This document shows, one piece after another, positions 42,873 to 55,955 of a stretch of DNA of 64,000 bases. The translations under genes and the position numbers were made by a program. Numbering within the stretch: the first letter of the stretch is position 1; each line of letters opens with the position of its first letter. Under the pieces are notes generated by a model. It saw only the letters and a list, made by a program, of their open reading frames with translations. It was not told where the DNA came from and ran no database searches. This DNA comes from the human T2T-CHM13v2.0 reference genome, Homo sapiens, in the NCBI RefSeq assembly GCF_009914755.1, contig NC_060926.1. One strand, written 5' to 3'.

Positions 42873-44682
42873 CCAGAGTTGATCTACCATGAAGATAAAG
42901 CATACGTTTTAGGACATCTAATTAGGAGCCTGGGAATGACTCTAGCAGTATATTAACATGATTAGATGTCTTTAATAAAATGTGCAAAATTAAAGATTTT
43001 TATTAAAATCTGTTAAGACAGCTGTTTTTTCTAGTTCTCAATCACACTTCTCCTTGTGCTGAGTGTTATCCAAGTGGCTGGAGGCATTTTTGGAAGTTGG
43101 CTACGATGAAATTGAAAATACATTTAAAGTTTGGTGGGACATATGTATGGAGCTACAGTGACTTCCATGTCCGTTTTAGCTATGGTTGCTCCCCAATAAA
43201 GGAATGGCTTCCCAAAACACTCCTACTGCCCACTGTGTCAACTCACTCAGCTCCACAACACCATAGGCAGAGATAAAGATTGTATCCTACTATGATCGTG
43301 GCCTGCAGCCTTGGTCCTGGAACTGCTTGAAGAGTAGAAGAGAAACACAGTTTGAAATGTACAGAGCCAGCATCTAGTCTGTATCTATTCTTCCAGTCAT
43401 CAGATGTGGAAAACTGTGAATGGAGGGTTCAGTTCTCATCTGTACCCAGTCAAAATGATTCTCCTCTTTCAGGAACATACTCCATAATGCAGTATAGACC
43501 ACTACAAATGCACTACATCTATTTTTTTAACTTTTTTGGTGGGCATGATGTGAAAGAGAACATATTAGAATGCCTGACTTTATAAAGCACAAACCTATAG
43601 CAGTGTTACAAACAGCAAGCAAATCTATGTGTGGAGTCATACGTTTTATGAATCTCAACTCTAAATAAGAAGAAATATAGTTCAATAAACTGTTAGGACA
43701 AATTATATTTGTATCCTCTCTACAGAAAATAGCAATACAAAGTTGTTGTCAAATGAAGAAATGATGAAAGTGTAGGCATCCAGAAAATATAGGAAAAAAA
43801 TTATAAACAAGTCTTAGTCAATAAAAATAATATGTTATTTTTGCTGTTTTTTGACACTTGTGGGTTTTTTTAGCATTTGAAACATTATAGTTTGCTGTGA
43901 TTTATTTTCTTATTCCAAATAATTTTTTTTTTTTTTTTAGTATTTATTGATTATTCTTGGGTGTTTCTCGGAGAGGGGGATGGCAGGGGCATAGGATAAT
44001 AGTGGAGAGAAGGTCAGCAGATAAACACGTGAACAAAGGTCTCTGGTTTTCCTAGGCAGAGGTCCCTGAGGCCTTTCGCAGTGTTTGTGTCCCTGGGTAC
44101 TTGAGATTAGGGAGTGGTGATGACTCTTAACGAGCATGCTGCCTTCAAGCATCTGTTTAACAAAGCACATCTTGCACCATCCTTAATCCATTTAACCCTG
44201 AGTTGACACAGCACATGTTTCAGAGAGCGCGGGGTTGGGGGTAAGGTTATAGATTAACAGCATCCCAAGGCAGAAGAATTTTTCTTAGTACAGAACAAAA
44301 TGGAGTCTCCTATGTCTACTTCTTTCTACACAGACACAGTAGCAATCTGATCTCTCTTTCTTTTCCCCACATTTCCCCCTTTTCTTTTCAACAAAACTGC
44401 CATTGTCATCATGGCCCGTTCTCGATGGTCGCTGTCTCTTTGGAGCTGTTGGGTACACCTGCAGAAAGGCTATCACTTCACACTTGGAAGATTGCACAGC
44501 GGCCAGGCAGAGGCGCTCCTCACTTCCCAGAGTGGGTGGCGGCCGGGCAGAGGCGCTCCTCACCTCCCAGACGGGGCCAAATAAAATTCTTATTCATACT
44601 TAGTTTTGAAATAACAGTTTTGGAGACCCAGCTCCCACATTTTTTTAAGTTTCAGGCTTCACAAAACCTGAATATGTCCCCG
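42873..44682. mobile_element. hAT-Tip100 (Zaphod-like) transposon fossil hosting the SVA
   Basis: ggaatggcttccc...ctcctactgcccactgtg...tttgaaatgtacagagccag; terminal ttcaggcttcacaaaacctg. Confidence 0.6.
43923..44576 (-). mobile_element. 5'-truncated SVA (SVA_A-like): polyA, SINE-R, ~2 VNTR units
   Basis: SINE-R motifs (gagcatgctgccttcaagcatctgtttaacaaagcacatc), VNTR ggcagaggcgctcctcacYtcccaga, TSD core ccaaataa (43915-43922, 44577-44584). Confidence 0.95.
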
Positions 44683-45827
44683 TGTATTTTATTGTATTTA
44701 ATTTGCATTCTCTACTGTATTCAGTGAAGTTGAATTTCATCTAATTGATTAATTCAATTTCTTTTTTTGGGAGTTGCCTTTCCTTATTCCTTACCATTTT
44801 TCTATCGAAGTGTGTGGGGGTTTTTTGTTTTTGTTTTTGTTTTGCCACTTTCTTATTGGTTTGCAAGAGTTCTTTGTATAAGGATAACAAACTTTCATAT
44901 TTTATTGTGTTGTAATTTTCCCAGTATGTAATTTTTCTTTTAAATTTATCCATGGTATTTTTGACATACAGAATTTTAAAATATATATTCATTTATATTT
45001 TATCTTAATAGAGCAATTCATCTTCCTCCCTAATGCAAAAATTTTACATTTATTCCTTTTTTTTTTCTTCACAGAGAATCAGAAAGGAGTAATCGGGGTG
45101 TTGCAAGTCCTGATTACGCAGAGACATTAACCACATTTCATGCATCTCCAATCAGCCTATTCTTCCTGCCCTCCAAAAGGAGAAACAGGTAAGAATTATC
45201 CCACCTGATGATGCATTTATTCCTGTTCCAGTTTGTGTGTTTTATCTGGAGCAAGTCTTCCGGTCTTAGATTATTTTTAATCCTGATTCCATTATCAGTG
45301 GTATTAATGATCAGGACCAGTATGCCTGTTAGATTGTCTTCAGCTGTGAGTAACAGCACATCCAACCAAATGATATAAGTTCATCTTTCTCACATGACAA
45401 AAAGTCCATTTGAAGGTTGTGGGTTTAACAGCTCAACAATATCACGGCCCTGGGTCACCTTCTGTCATGGTTGAGCCAGGGCTTCAGTGGCTGCAGACAG
45501 TAAATCCTCACATGACCATCTCTCAGGCAGGAATGAAGGCAGAGGAGGCTTTCCTTCAGTGCTGCCCGGAGGCTGCCCACAGACTTTCCCTCACATTTCA
45601 GAGGCCAGAGCAGAGTCGAGTGTCATCCCCTCCACGATTCCTTGCAAAGGGAAATGAATGTACTGTGACTGGCTTGGGCCACTCATTTTCCCTCGAGTAT
45701 CGGGCCACCTTCCCTGAGCACATTTCTGTGTGATGCTGAACAAACTCAGGGTTATGATGTAAGGAGAATGGGTGAATGGCAGCCGGGTAGGCAACCAGCA
45801 GTGTCTCATCTACAAGAAGGATAAATT

Positions 45828-46281
45828 GCTGTTTGGTTTGCTAATGGACTACCGTAACAAATTACCACAAAGTAGGAGGCTTAAAACCACAGAAATTTAC
45901 TGTCTGTCAGTTCTGGAGGCTGAGAGTCTGAAACCAAGGTGTTGGCAGGGCCATGCACCCCTCAAGGATCCAGGAATAATCGCTCCTCAGGTCTCCCAGC
46001 TTCTGGTGGTTGCCGGCAGCCCTTCGCATTCCTTGGCCTCACTTCAATCTCTGCCTCTGAATTCACGTGCTCATCTTCCTTTGGTGTCTGTTTGTGCATC
46101 TCCACATGGCTTTCTTATAAGGAGAACAGTCATTGAATTTAGGGCGCACCCTGATCCAGTATGATCTCATCTTAATGAATTATCTGCAAAGATCCTATTT
46201 CCAAATAAGGTCACACTCACAGGTACTGAGGGTTAGGATGTCAACATTTCTTTACGACGGACACAACTCAGCCCCCAACAA
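45828..46281 (-). mobile_element. MaLR LTR (MLT1C-like)
   Basis: ccgtaacaaattaccacaaa...ggcttaaaaccacagaaattta...ccaaataaggtcaca. Confidence 0.85.
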
Positions 46282-46613
46282 CTATTATTCATGCCTCCAT
46301 CCAAATATCTGATGCAATGCTGAGAGACCGAGGCTGGGACAGACCCTCAGTGCATACTTCCAGGGTCCTCACCTACAGCAGTCAGGTGTCCTACTCCACA
46401 TGATGGCCCTCTCGATGGCTCACATCCTAAAATCTCTCCCTGCTTTCCCAAAAGAAGCTCCATTTTCACCAGTCTCCCAGCCTCCAGCCTCTCCTGGAGC
46501 CCACTCCAGAGTGTTTGACTCACCCTGCTTCAGACAGACGAGAACCTTCTCAACCACAGGGCCTAGCTCCTGCCAATATCCCCATCCAATGGCAACTCTG
46601 ACATCTTCCTTCA

Positions 46614-47050
<437 letters not shown>

Positions 47051-47765
47051 GATATAATGAAAAGGGAGTGGTGTCCAAATTGGGACTGAGAAAAACAGGC
47101 TTCAGACAATGGTCTCAAGTCTCACTGGGCTTCTAGCTTCTACCTAGAAAAACCCACACCAGGACATCGATGATAGGGACAATCTGAGGAGTGCAGTGGG
47201 GAAAGGAAAGGAGGAACAAACAACCTTGAGCCCTGGCCCTAGCCAAGATCTCAGAAATTCGCCTGGCCTCTTGACCTGTGGATTTTGGTCATGTTGTACT
47301 GAGGTACCTAGCACGTAGGAGGGCTGCCTGACTCACAGGGGAAAACTCAGACATGGGAAGGTGGGGTCTGAGAGATCAAGTCTGGGTTGACACCTTCTCC
47401 CTGGCCATCATAGATTGACCCAGGGGTGGATAACTGACTCAAGCCAAACCTTCTCTGAGATTTTTCAAGCTGGAATCAGGGAAATGTAATAATCCCACTC
47501 TGATGGAGAGTGCATGGCTCAGAAGCTGTTGCTCTCATTTCCCCCTTTATGTGGAAGAAGACCATCAGGCTTAGGAGGAATTTAGGCTGACATACAGCAA
47601 CAAGAGAAGGGAAGGAAGATGTCAATAGCACAATATCTTTGGTTCTAGAGCTCTGGGTCCAGCTTCATCCCTGACCTTCCCGTTTTTGTGAATATTCCAA
47701 CCACACACCCTCTTTGGGCATAGGGTGAGCTTCTGGCACTTGCAAGGAAGAGTCCTGAGAAATAA

Positions 47766-48344
<579 letters not shown>

Positions 48345-48717
48345 TAAAACTCAGAGAAGCAAAATCTGATGCAGAGCCCACGAATGGGGGGGCCAGAGGG
48401 GGGCCTGAAAAGCTGGTTCATGGGACTAGATCAGCCAAGGAGGAAGGCAGGTCCCTGGCCTCTCTGCAAGCAGTGATAGGCATCTACAGCCCCTTTGCCT
48501 GCTTGGTGAGGGGATATGGTCAGCTGGATTAAAGGTTTGTGTTGAGAGGCCATGAGAACACGAAAATGCAGAGAGGCAGACATTTAGTGCAGTACTTTAC
48601 TAGTTTGGGGTGAATTTATTGGCCTTTATGAGCCTAATTTCTTTCATCTATAAAATAGAAATAATGATACACACTTTATCTTGTTGTAAAGGCTAAATGT
48701 AAAACAACAACATCAAT

Positions 48718-49270
48718 GCGGTGGTATTTTAAAATGTGAATTCTTTGACGCTCCTTTAATCAAGAGGTGGGGTCTATCTCGCATTCTGTTGGATCTGGGT
48801 GAGGATGTGATGGCCTCAATTAATATATTACAGAGGAAGTGACTTCATATGACTTCCAAGGCTAGGTCATAAAAGGCCACGTAGTTTCTGCTTATGTATT
48901 ACACATTCTTGGAGCACTGAGCCACCAGGCTCATAAAAGAATGTGACTTCCCTGAGGCTACCATGCTATGAGGAAGCCCAAGGCACATGGAGAGGCCACA
49001 TGTGGGTGCTTAGTTGATATTCCCAGCTGAGCCCAGCCTTTAAATCACCCCAGGCTAGGCACCAGACATGTGAGTGAAGAAGTCTTTGAATGATTCTAGA
49101 CCTCAGTCATTAGAGTCACCCCTGGCCATCTGAGTCTTCCCAGCTGAGTCTCAATATATCTTGGAACAGAGACAAGGCCTCCCTCTCTCCCTTGCCTCTA
49201 TTCCTGACCCACAGTATCTGTGGGTGTACATTTTGGGGTAAATTGTTACACAGCAATAGATGGGTAACCT
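48718..49270 (+). mobile_element. MaLR LTR (MLT1F/G/H-like)
   Basis: gacttccaaggctaggtcataaaaggcca...gtgagtgaaga...ttgttacacagcaataga. Confidence 0.8.
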
Positions 49271-49469
49271 GGATGCCATGTAAAGGGCCAGGTATAGTAG
49301 CAGAGTTGGGATTTGAACTTATCTAGCTGATTCTACAGATTGTGAACTTTCTACTTTACTAGTGGTTCCTGAAAGCTGGTGACTATCAGTGATAGCATTT
49401 TAGTGAGAGAAAAAAAAAGATCAGGAAAATGTAGTAAATTTTTTAATAAAGCCAATGTATTCCACTGAA

Positions 49470-49583
49470 AAAAATTATATATATATAAATTTATATATAT
49501 AAATTTATATAAATATATATATAATTTATATATAATTTATATATATTTATATATAATTTATATATATTTTTATATATATATAA

Positions 49584-49652
<69 letters not shown>
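49470..49652. repeat. Pure A/T (TA)n-type array followed by (AG)~18
   Basis: Read directly; forms the tail region of the adjacent Alu. Confidence 0.95.
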
Positions 49653-49657
<5 letters not shown>

Positions 49658-49934
49658 TCTCTCTTTGTTGCCCCGGCTGGAGTGCAGTGGCACAATCACA
49701 GCTCACTGCAGCCTTGACCTCCTGGGCTCAGTCAATCCTCCCACCTCAGCCTACTGAATAGCTGGGACTACAGGTGTGCACCACCATGCTTGGCTAATTT
49801 TTTAAAAAAACTTTTTGTAGAGATAGGATCTTGCTATATGCTCAGCCTGGCCTCAAACCTCTAGGCTTAAGCAGTCCTCCCACCTCAGCCTCCCAGAGTG
49901 CTGGGACTACAGGCACGAGCCACTGTGCCCAGCC
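49653..49934 (-). mobile_element. AluJ-like element
   Basis: cacagctcactgcagccttgacctcctgggctca diagnostics. Confidence 0.92.
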
Positions 49935-50248
49935 AAAAAAAACAAATATTATTCTGAGATTGTCTTTCCTACCTTGGGAGTTATCCATATGTCATTTCTT
50001 TTATGACATAATGGTGATGGCACTTAGTGGTGGTTATTTTATTAATGTCCTTACTCAGCAAAGTAAAAAATTATGAAGCTTATGTTATTCCATTCAGTTA
50101 CCTTTCCTTTTTAAAGCTTCACTGGTCTTTGACATTCAAAAGTCCAGGAGCCCCTGCTCTGTTCTCTCCTTGGGTATCCTAGATCAGAGGTGGATCCATT
50201 GGAAGCTTGACATTGTTGTAGGGTTGTGCGTTGTCTTTGGTCGTTCCC

Positions 50249-50786
50249 TGTGATGGTTGAGGTGCTGGCTTGACTGGAGATTGCTGGTAAAGCGTTGCTT
50301 CTGGGTGTGTCTGTGAGGGTGTTTCCTGAGAAGACTGGCATGTGAGTCAGTGGACTCAGTGGGGAAGAGTCACCCTCCATGTGGGTGGGCACCATCCAAT
50401 CAGCTGGGGCCCCAGATAGAACAAAAAAGGAGAGAATAGGATTTCCTCCCTCTGTCTCCTGGAGCTGGGACACTCTTCTCTCCTGACCTGGGACATCAGA
50501 ACTCCAGGGTTCTTGCCCTTTGGACTCCAGGACTTATGCCAGCAACCCTCCACTGCCACCCTGAGAATTACACGGTCTGCTTCCCTGGCTCTGAGGCTTT
50601 TGGACTTGGACTGAGCCGTGCTGCAGGCAACCCAGTGTCTCCAACTTGAAGACAACCTGTGGTGGAAAATCCCCGCCTCCAAAATTGCGTGAGCCGATTC
50701 CCCTAATAAATCCCCTGCCATCTATCTATCATCTACATATGTATATCCTATTGGTGGTGTCTCTCTAGAGAACCCTGACTAATACA
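50249..50786 (+). mobile_element. MLT2B-like ERVL solo LTR
   Basis: tgtgatggtt...gagaaccctgactaataca, 5-bp TSD ttccc. Confidence 0.9.
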
Positions 50787-51314
50787 TTCCCTATTCCCTT
50801 TTAGGATTAGCACATGTGTTCATTTATAGTTTATACCCCCACCTGTTTCCAAAAAGGATAGTCTTTCTCCAGACACACCCCAGATTCCTGTAACAGTTAC
50901 TGAGTCAGATGGGGCCCTTCCCCAGGCGCCAAGAGGATTCAAACAGTGGATGACAAGAGTGAATGAGGGATGACCTTGCACTCCCTGTTGAAGGCAAGGT
51001 CATCCCTCACCCACCCCCGGCCACTGTTTGAGATCTTTGTTGCCACAGTGGCCCTTGCCAGCGCTTGGCATGAAAGGCAGAGATTGAGACCAGTGGCCCT
51101 TAGCCCTCATCCTGGTCCAGCCCTCAAACGTGGGCTGGCAGCTGTGGCTTCTTCTGTTTCCTGGTGTGTGGCTCTTCAGACACCTGTCTTCAGGCTGTAA
51201 GGCTTTATCTTAGGCAACATGTCTTCTTAGGTGGCTGGCAAGTCTTTCTAGCCGTGCTTATAACGGATCACCCATGGTGGAATCCAAGAACTTACTCTTG
51301 GAAGGCTGGTGTGA

Positions 51315-51525
51315 CCGAGGGGTTAAGAGTCTCATTTCCAGAGCCAGAGTGCCTGGATTGAACCCTGATTCTGCCACGTACTAGGTGTGTTGTACCCTTG
51401 GGCAAGCTACTTAACCTTTCTGTGCCTTAGTTTCCCTGTCTGTAAAATGGGAATAATAATAATGTGTACTTCATAAGGTTGTTGTGAGAAGTAAGTTAAT
51501 AAAGCACTTAAAAAAGTGCCTGGGA
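51315..51525. mobile_element. MIR
   Basis: cttgggcaagctacttaacctttctgtgccttagtttccctgtctgtaaaatggg core. Confidence 0.85.
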
Positions 51526-51529
51526 AAGG

Positions 51530-52650
51530 CCATTTAAAGCCATGTTGAGATATCCCACCCACCCATGAGAACAGCTATAATTAAAAAGACTGACAGTACC
51601 CAGTGCTGTTATGCCTGAGGAGCACTGCAACTTTTGAACATTGTTGATGGGAATGTGAAAGGATACAACCACTTTGGATAATAGGGTGGCATTTTCCTAT
51701 GAAGTGAAATATGCACTTAAAATGCATTAATATGAAAAAAGGCATATATTTTTACAAAACAAATAATTTTTTACCACACAGTCCAGCAACTTTACTGCTG
51801 GGTATGCACCCAAGAGGAATAAAAATGTGATTACACAAAGACTTGTACATGAATGTTCATAGTAGCATTGTACTGTGAACATTATAACAGCTAAAAAGGT
51901 AAGCAATCCAAATGGCCTTCAACAGGTGCATGGGTAGAGAAAATGGGTTTTGTGTATGTGTGCAATGGAATACTACTTAGCAATAGAGAGGAATGGACCA
52001 CTGATACATGCAACAACATGGATGAATCTTGAAAACTTTCTGATGAGCAAAAGAACCCAGTAGCCAAAAATGGACTGTATGAGTCCATTTGTATTAAACT
52101 TCAGGGAAGACAAATACAACCTAGACTGACAGAAAGCAGCTAAGCGTTTCTATAGGGAAGACAGAGAAGATTGAGTTGGAAAGGGCACAGGAACTTTCTG
52201 TAGATGATGGAAATCTCTATGTTGATTGTAGTGGCAGTTGCACAGTATATACTTTTTTTAATGCAATAAATATGCCAGGCATGGTGGCTCACGCCTGTAA
52301 CCCCAGCAATTTGGGAGACCAAGGCAGGCAGATCACCTGAGGTCAGGAGTTGGAGACTAGCCTGGCCAACACGGCAAAACCCTGTCTGTACTAAAAATAC
52401 AAAAACTAGCCGGGCGTGGTGGCACACACCTGTAATCCCAGCTGCTCGGGAGGCTGAGGCAGGAGAATTGCTTACTGGCAGAGGTGCCAGTAAGCCAAGA
52501 TTGTACCACTGCACTCCAGCCTGGGTGACAGTGCGAGACTGTCTCAAAAAATAAAATAAAATAAAAAAATAAAATAAAATTAAGGTACACTTGAAATGGT
52601 ATGGATTGTATTATATGGAAATAACATCCCAATAAAACTGTTTTTCAAAA
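51530..52650 (+). mobile_element. L1ME-type 3' end interrupted by Alu (52274-52580, +)
   Basis: gacttgtacatgaatgttcatagtagcatt...caacatggatgaatctt. Confidence 0.78.
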
Positions 52651-53904
52651 CTTCTATCTATATGGAATGTGATGCCCTGGCTAAACGTTGGGCTACAAAG
52701 TATTTTGGAATTATAAAAGGAAGACACAAAAGGTGAGATGGAAGAATGAACTATTATTTAATCTTTGCTAGAAGATGTCTGTTCTAGAGCTCTAGTCTGG
52801 AATAGAAACTGCACAAGGGCAGAGCTCTTAGTTGGTTTTATTCTGCAATGGATCCCAAGCACTTCAAATAGCACCTGACACTTGGCTGGAACTCAATTAA
52901 TGTGTTGAATGAATGAATCTTTGGGACATACTGTTTCTTTGACTTGACAAAAATGGCCAAAACCAGTAAAACTTTATGTGTCCGAAAGGTAAAGCAAGTG
53001 CTCACCCATTATTCTTGGGAAGATGAGGCCGTTGCTGTCATATGGTTACATGTCAGCATTAAGAGCCCTGGCTGGGAATGTGAAGTTGTTTTGCGCTCTT
53101 GCACCCTGTAGCTGTGGGATATATCCAGCCTTTCCTCTGTCTCTCTGCTTATCCTTAATTTCCAACCATGAGTAAATGTTATGTGGCTGGGAATGAATCT
53201 AGAAGGCAGTCTCCTTGAGAGGCTTCCTCTTGCTGTTGTGATGGGGGTGGATTTTGGTTTGGTTTAGTTGGGGGAGGGGCGTCACTTGCTGGGTCTGAGG
53301 ATGGAGGGGAAGATAGGAAGGGCCTGACTTAATGAGAGAGTGTATGGAGCCTGAGACACAGGCTAGGCTGCTTGGAGACTGGGGTGAAGATGTGTGGTAT
53401 TAGGGAGCGAGGAAAGGGTGTCCTTGACCTCTGCAGACAAACTGGACCTGCTTTGGCACGTGGATGAGGGAGCCGGGAGCCAGGGAGGCAGCTCCTTTGG
53501 CACAGTCCTCAAGATACGCAGGTGCACCACTGGCAGTGGCCATGCTGACATTGTCTCAGGTCTTTGGAACAAGAAAGGAAGGACATTGCAGCTGCTGAGT
53601 GGGAACCTTAGTGGACAGAGAGATTTGTGGATTCATGTGACGTGCTCCTTGGGGACCCTTGCGATAACCGAGGAAGACACTTTGTGGCGCTAGGAGGACC
53701 TGAGAATCAATAATCGAGGCACTGGGGTCTTGAGCAATTGTTTATTGAACATTAAAATTAATGAGAATCCAATAACCAATATTGTATATTATTTATGGGC
53801 ATATACATATAGAGTAAAAATAGAAATAAAAAATACTAAAATGGAGATCCTTTACCTTTGGGCAGGAAATGGAGGGGGTATCATCAGATACAAATACACA
53901 GGAT

Positions 53905-53967
53905 GTATCAGCCAGAGATGCAAAAACACCAGAAGATTATCTATCTATCTATCCATCTATGTATCTG

Positions 53968-54006
<39 letters not shown>

Positions 54007-54632
54007 CTCTATCTACCTATCTATCTATCATCCATCCATCCCCCCACCCATCCATCCATCACTACATGTTCTCTGTTACAAGATTTGATCTTATGCAATT
54101 GTGGGATCTGGTTAAATGGTTTCTGGAAAGCTGTTATCTTCTCTGATGCTGGAGTTTAAAGTCCCCAGGGCAGGCAGTCAGGAAGGGGAGATGGATGTAA
54201 ACTGGGGAAGAATGAGGACAAGATGGAACCCAGGAATATGAGCGGAAACCCACAAGAATGGGCAAGAAACTGTGTCAGTCACTCACCACCTCCCACCTTG
54301 ATGAAGGGTGTCCTGCAGGAAAAGCTGGTACCCTTTGTCATGGAGCTAGACACACACCTGGCTCAGCAGTCATAGAACTGAAGGAAGGAGCAGGGCCAGG
54401 GGGAGCAGGTGCAGGCCCGGACGCCGTCCCCGCCAACAAGGTAAGCAGAGAGGCAACAACGTGCAATAAAAGCACCCACCTAGGCCTTCCATGTGTAAAA
54501 AATAATATGGCTGTTGCTTCAGCTCTGTCCTCCAAATCTCAAAGATGGTCTCCTGTGGCCCACTGAAGCAGAAACATCCAGGGAAGGGGATTCTGGGAAA
54601 TGTAGCTCAGCCCAACCAAGTGGACCGATTAC
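53905..54632. mobile_element. ERVL/MLT2-like LTR containing a (TCTA)n/(TCCA)n tetranucleotide array (53937-54060)
   Basis: cagagatgcaaaaacacc...cttatgcaattgtggg...gggaaggggattctgggaaatgtagc; array read directly. Confidence 0.6.
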
Positions 54633-54888
54633 AAAGCCACTTTGAATTTGCAGTTTCATGTCTAAAAACTGGTAAGTATGTAAGTGTTCATTATGTAATT
54701 CTCTATTTTTTTGCATGATTGATATGTTTGATAAAAGTTAAAAATGAATTGCAGACATGTTGGTTACACCTGTCCCTAACCTATAGGGCCTGTACACAGT
54801 TGTAATCATAGATGTGGCAACTCAGACCCAGGGTCACCCAGCCAGCAATGGGCAGGACTAGGACAGCCTTTCATGTTCTTTCCTCTAC

Positions 54889-55107
54889 CAGGGGTGTCCA
54901 ATTTTTTGGCTTTCCTGGGCCACATTGGAAGAAGAATAATTGTCTTGGGCCATACATAAAATACACTGACACTAATGATAGCCAATAAGCTAAAAAATGC
55001 AAAAAAATCTCATAGTGTTTTAAGAAAGTTTATGAATTTGTGTTGGTCCACTTTCAAAGTTGTCCTGGGCTGCATGTGGCCCATGGGCCACGGGTTGGAT
55101 AAGCTTG
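54889..55107. mobile_element. MER30 hAT-Charlie element
   Basis: caggggtgtccaat...gggccacattggaagaagaa...gggttggataagcttg. Confidence 0.9.
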
Positions 55108-55194
55108 CTCTAGATCAAGCTGTCTTCAACAAATAGGAGTTACAGGTGACCTAAAGAGGCGGCTGCTATGTTGCACTATCTTTTTTCCTTAATA

Positions 55195-55350
55195 TTCTGT
55201 TTTATTGTCTGTCTCTTGTCACTAAAATGTAAGCTCCATGAAAGCAAGGATATGTGTTCATTTTGGTCACTACTGTATCATCAGAACCTAGAATAGTTAC
55301 TGGCATATAGCAGGTGCTCAATAAATACTTGTTGAATGAATGAATAAATG
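55195..55350 (+). mobile_element. L2 3' end
   Basis: aatgtaagctccatga...gcaggtgctcaataaatacttgttgaatgaatgaat. Confidence 0.85.
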
Positions 55351-55955
55351 CTCTTAGAGGAATCAGAATGTTATATTCCTTACATCAGAGGAGAGCTTTG
55401 GATATAATCTTATTGAACCCAACAAGACATCAATAAATCTGAAGTGGGAGCCCCAGCCCCACCCCCTCCAGCCTAGGCTTCTAAATATCAGCCAAATATT
55501 CCAGAGTCATCATGGCTAGTTATAACCTTTCTAAGCTTCAGGGTTTCGTCTCCACCTGTGAAGTAACAATGATCTTTGCCCTTCTTACCTCATGTGATTG
55601 TTGTGAGGCTCAAATAAGACTGCTCTGTAAAGTCCTCCACGTGATTCTTGTTATCCCCATGAGATGTTTATTCCTTCCTGGAGTAGAGAGGAAAACAAGA
55701 CTTGGATGTGAACATAAAGGTGTACAAAGGGCCCCTCTTCCCATCAAAGGCTTTCTGACCGCTGAGGAGCCCTGGAGGCTACGGGATATTCACCAACAGC
55801 CACTACAGGCATTGCAAGCCTCTGTGCTGGTTCTCTGTGAGGGGAACCCTGATGCCTACATCCACACCCCAGACCCCAAACCACACCTCAGCTCAGAAAG
55901 CCTCTCAAGAGTTTCATGTTCCTTCATAATTTATCACTTTCTCCTATGCTACGTG

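Noticed and set aside
43937-44603. ORFs of 66-92 aa over the SVA
   Set aside because: Standard SINE-R/VNTR translations with no sign of an independent gene
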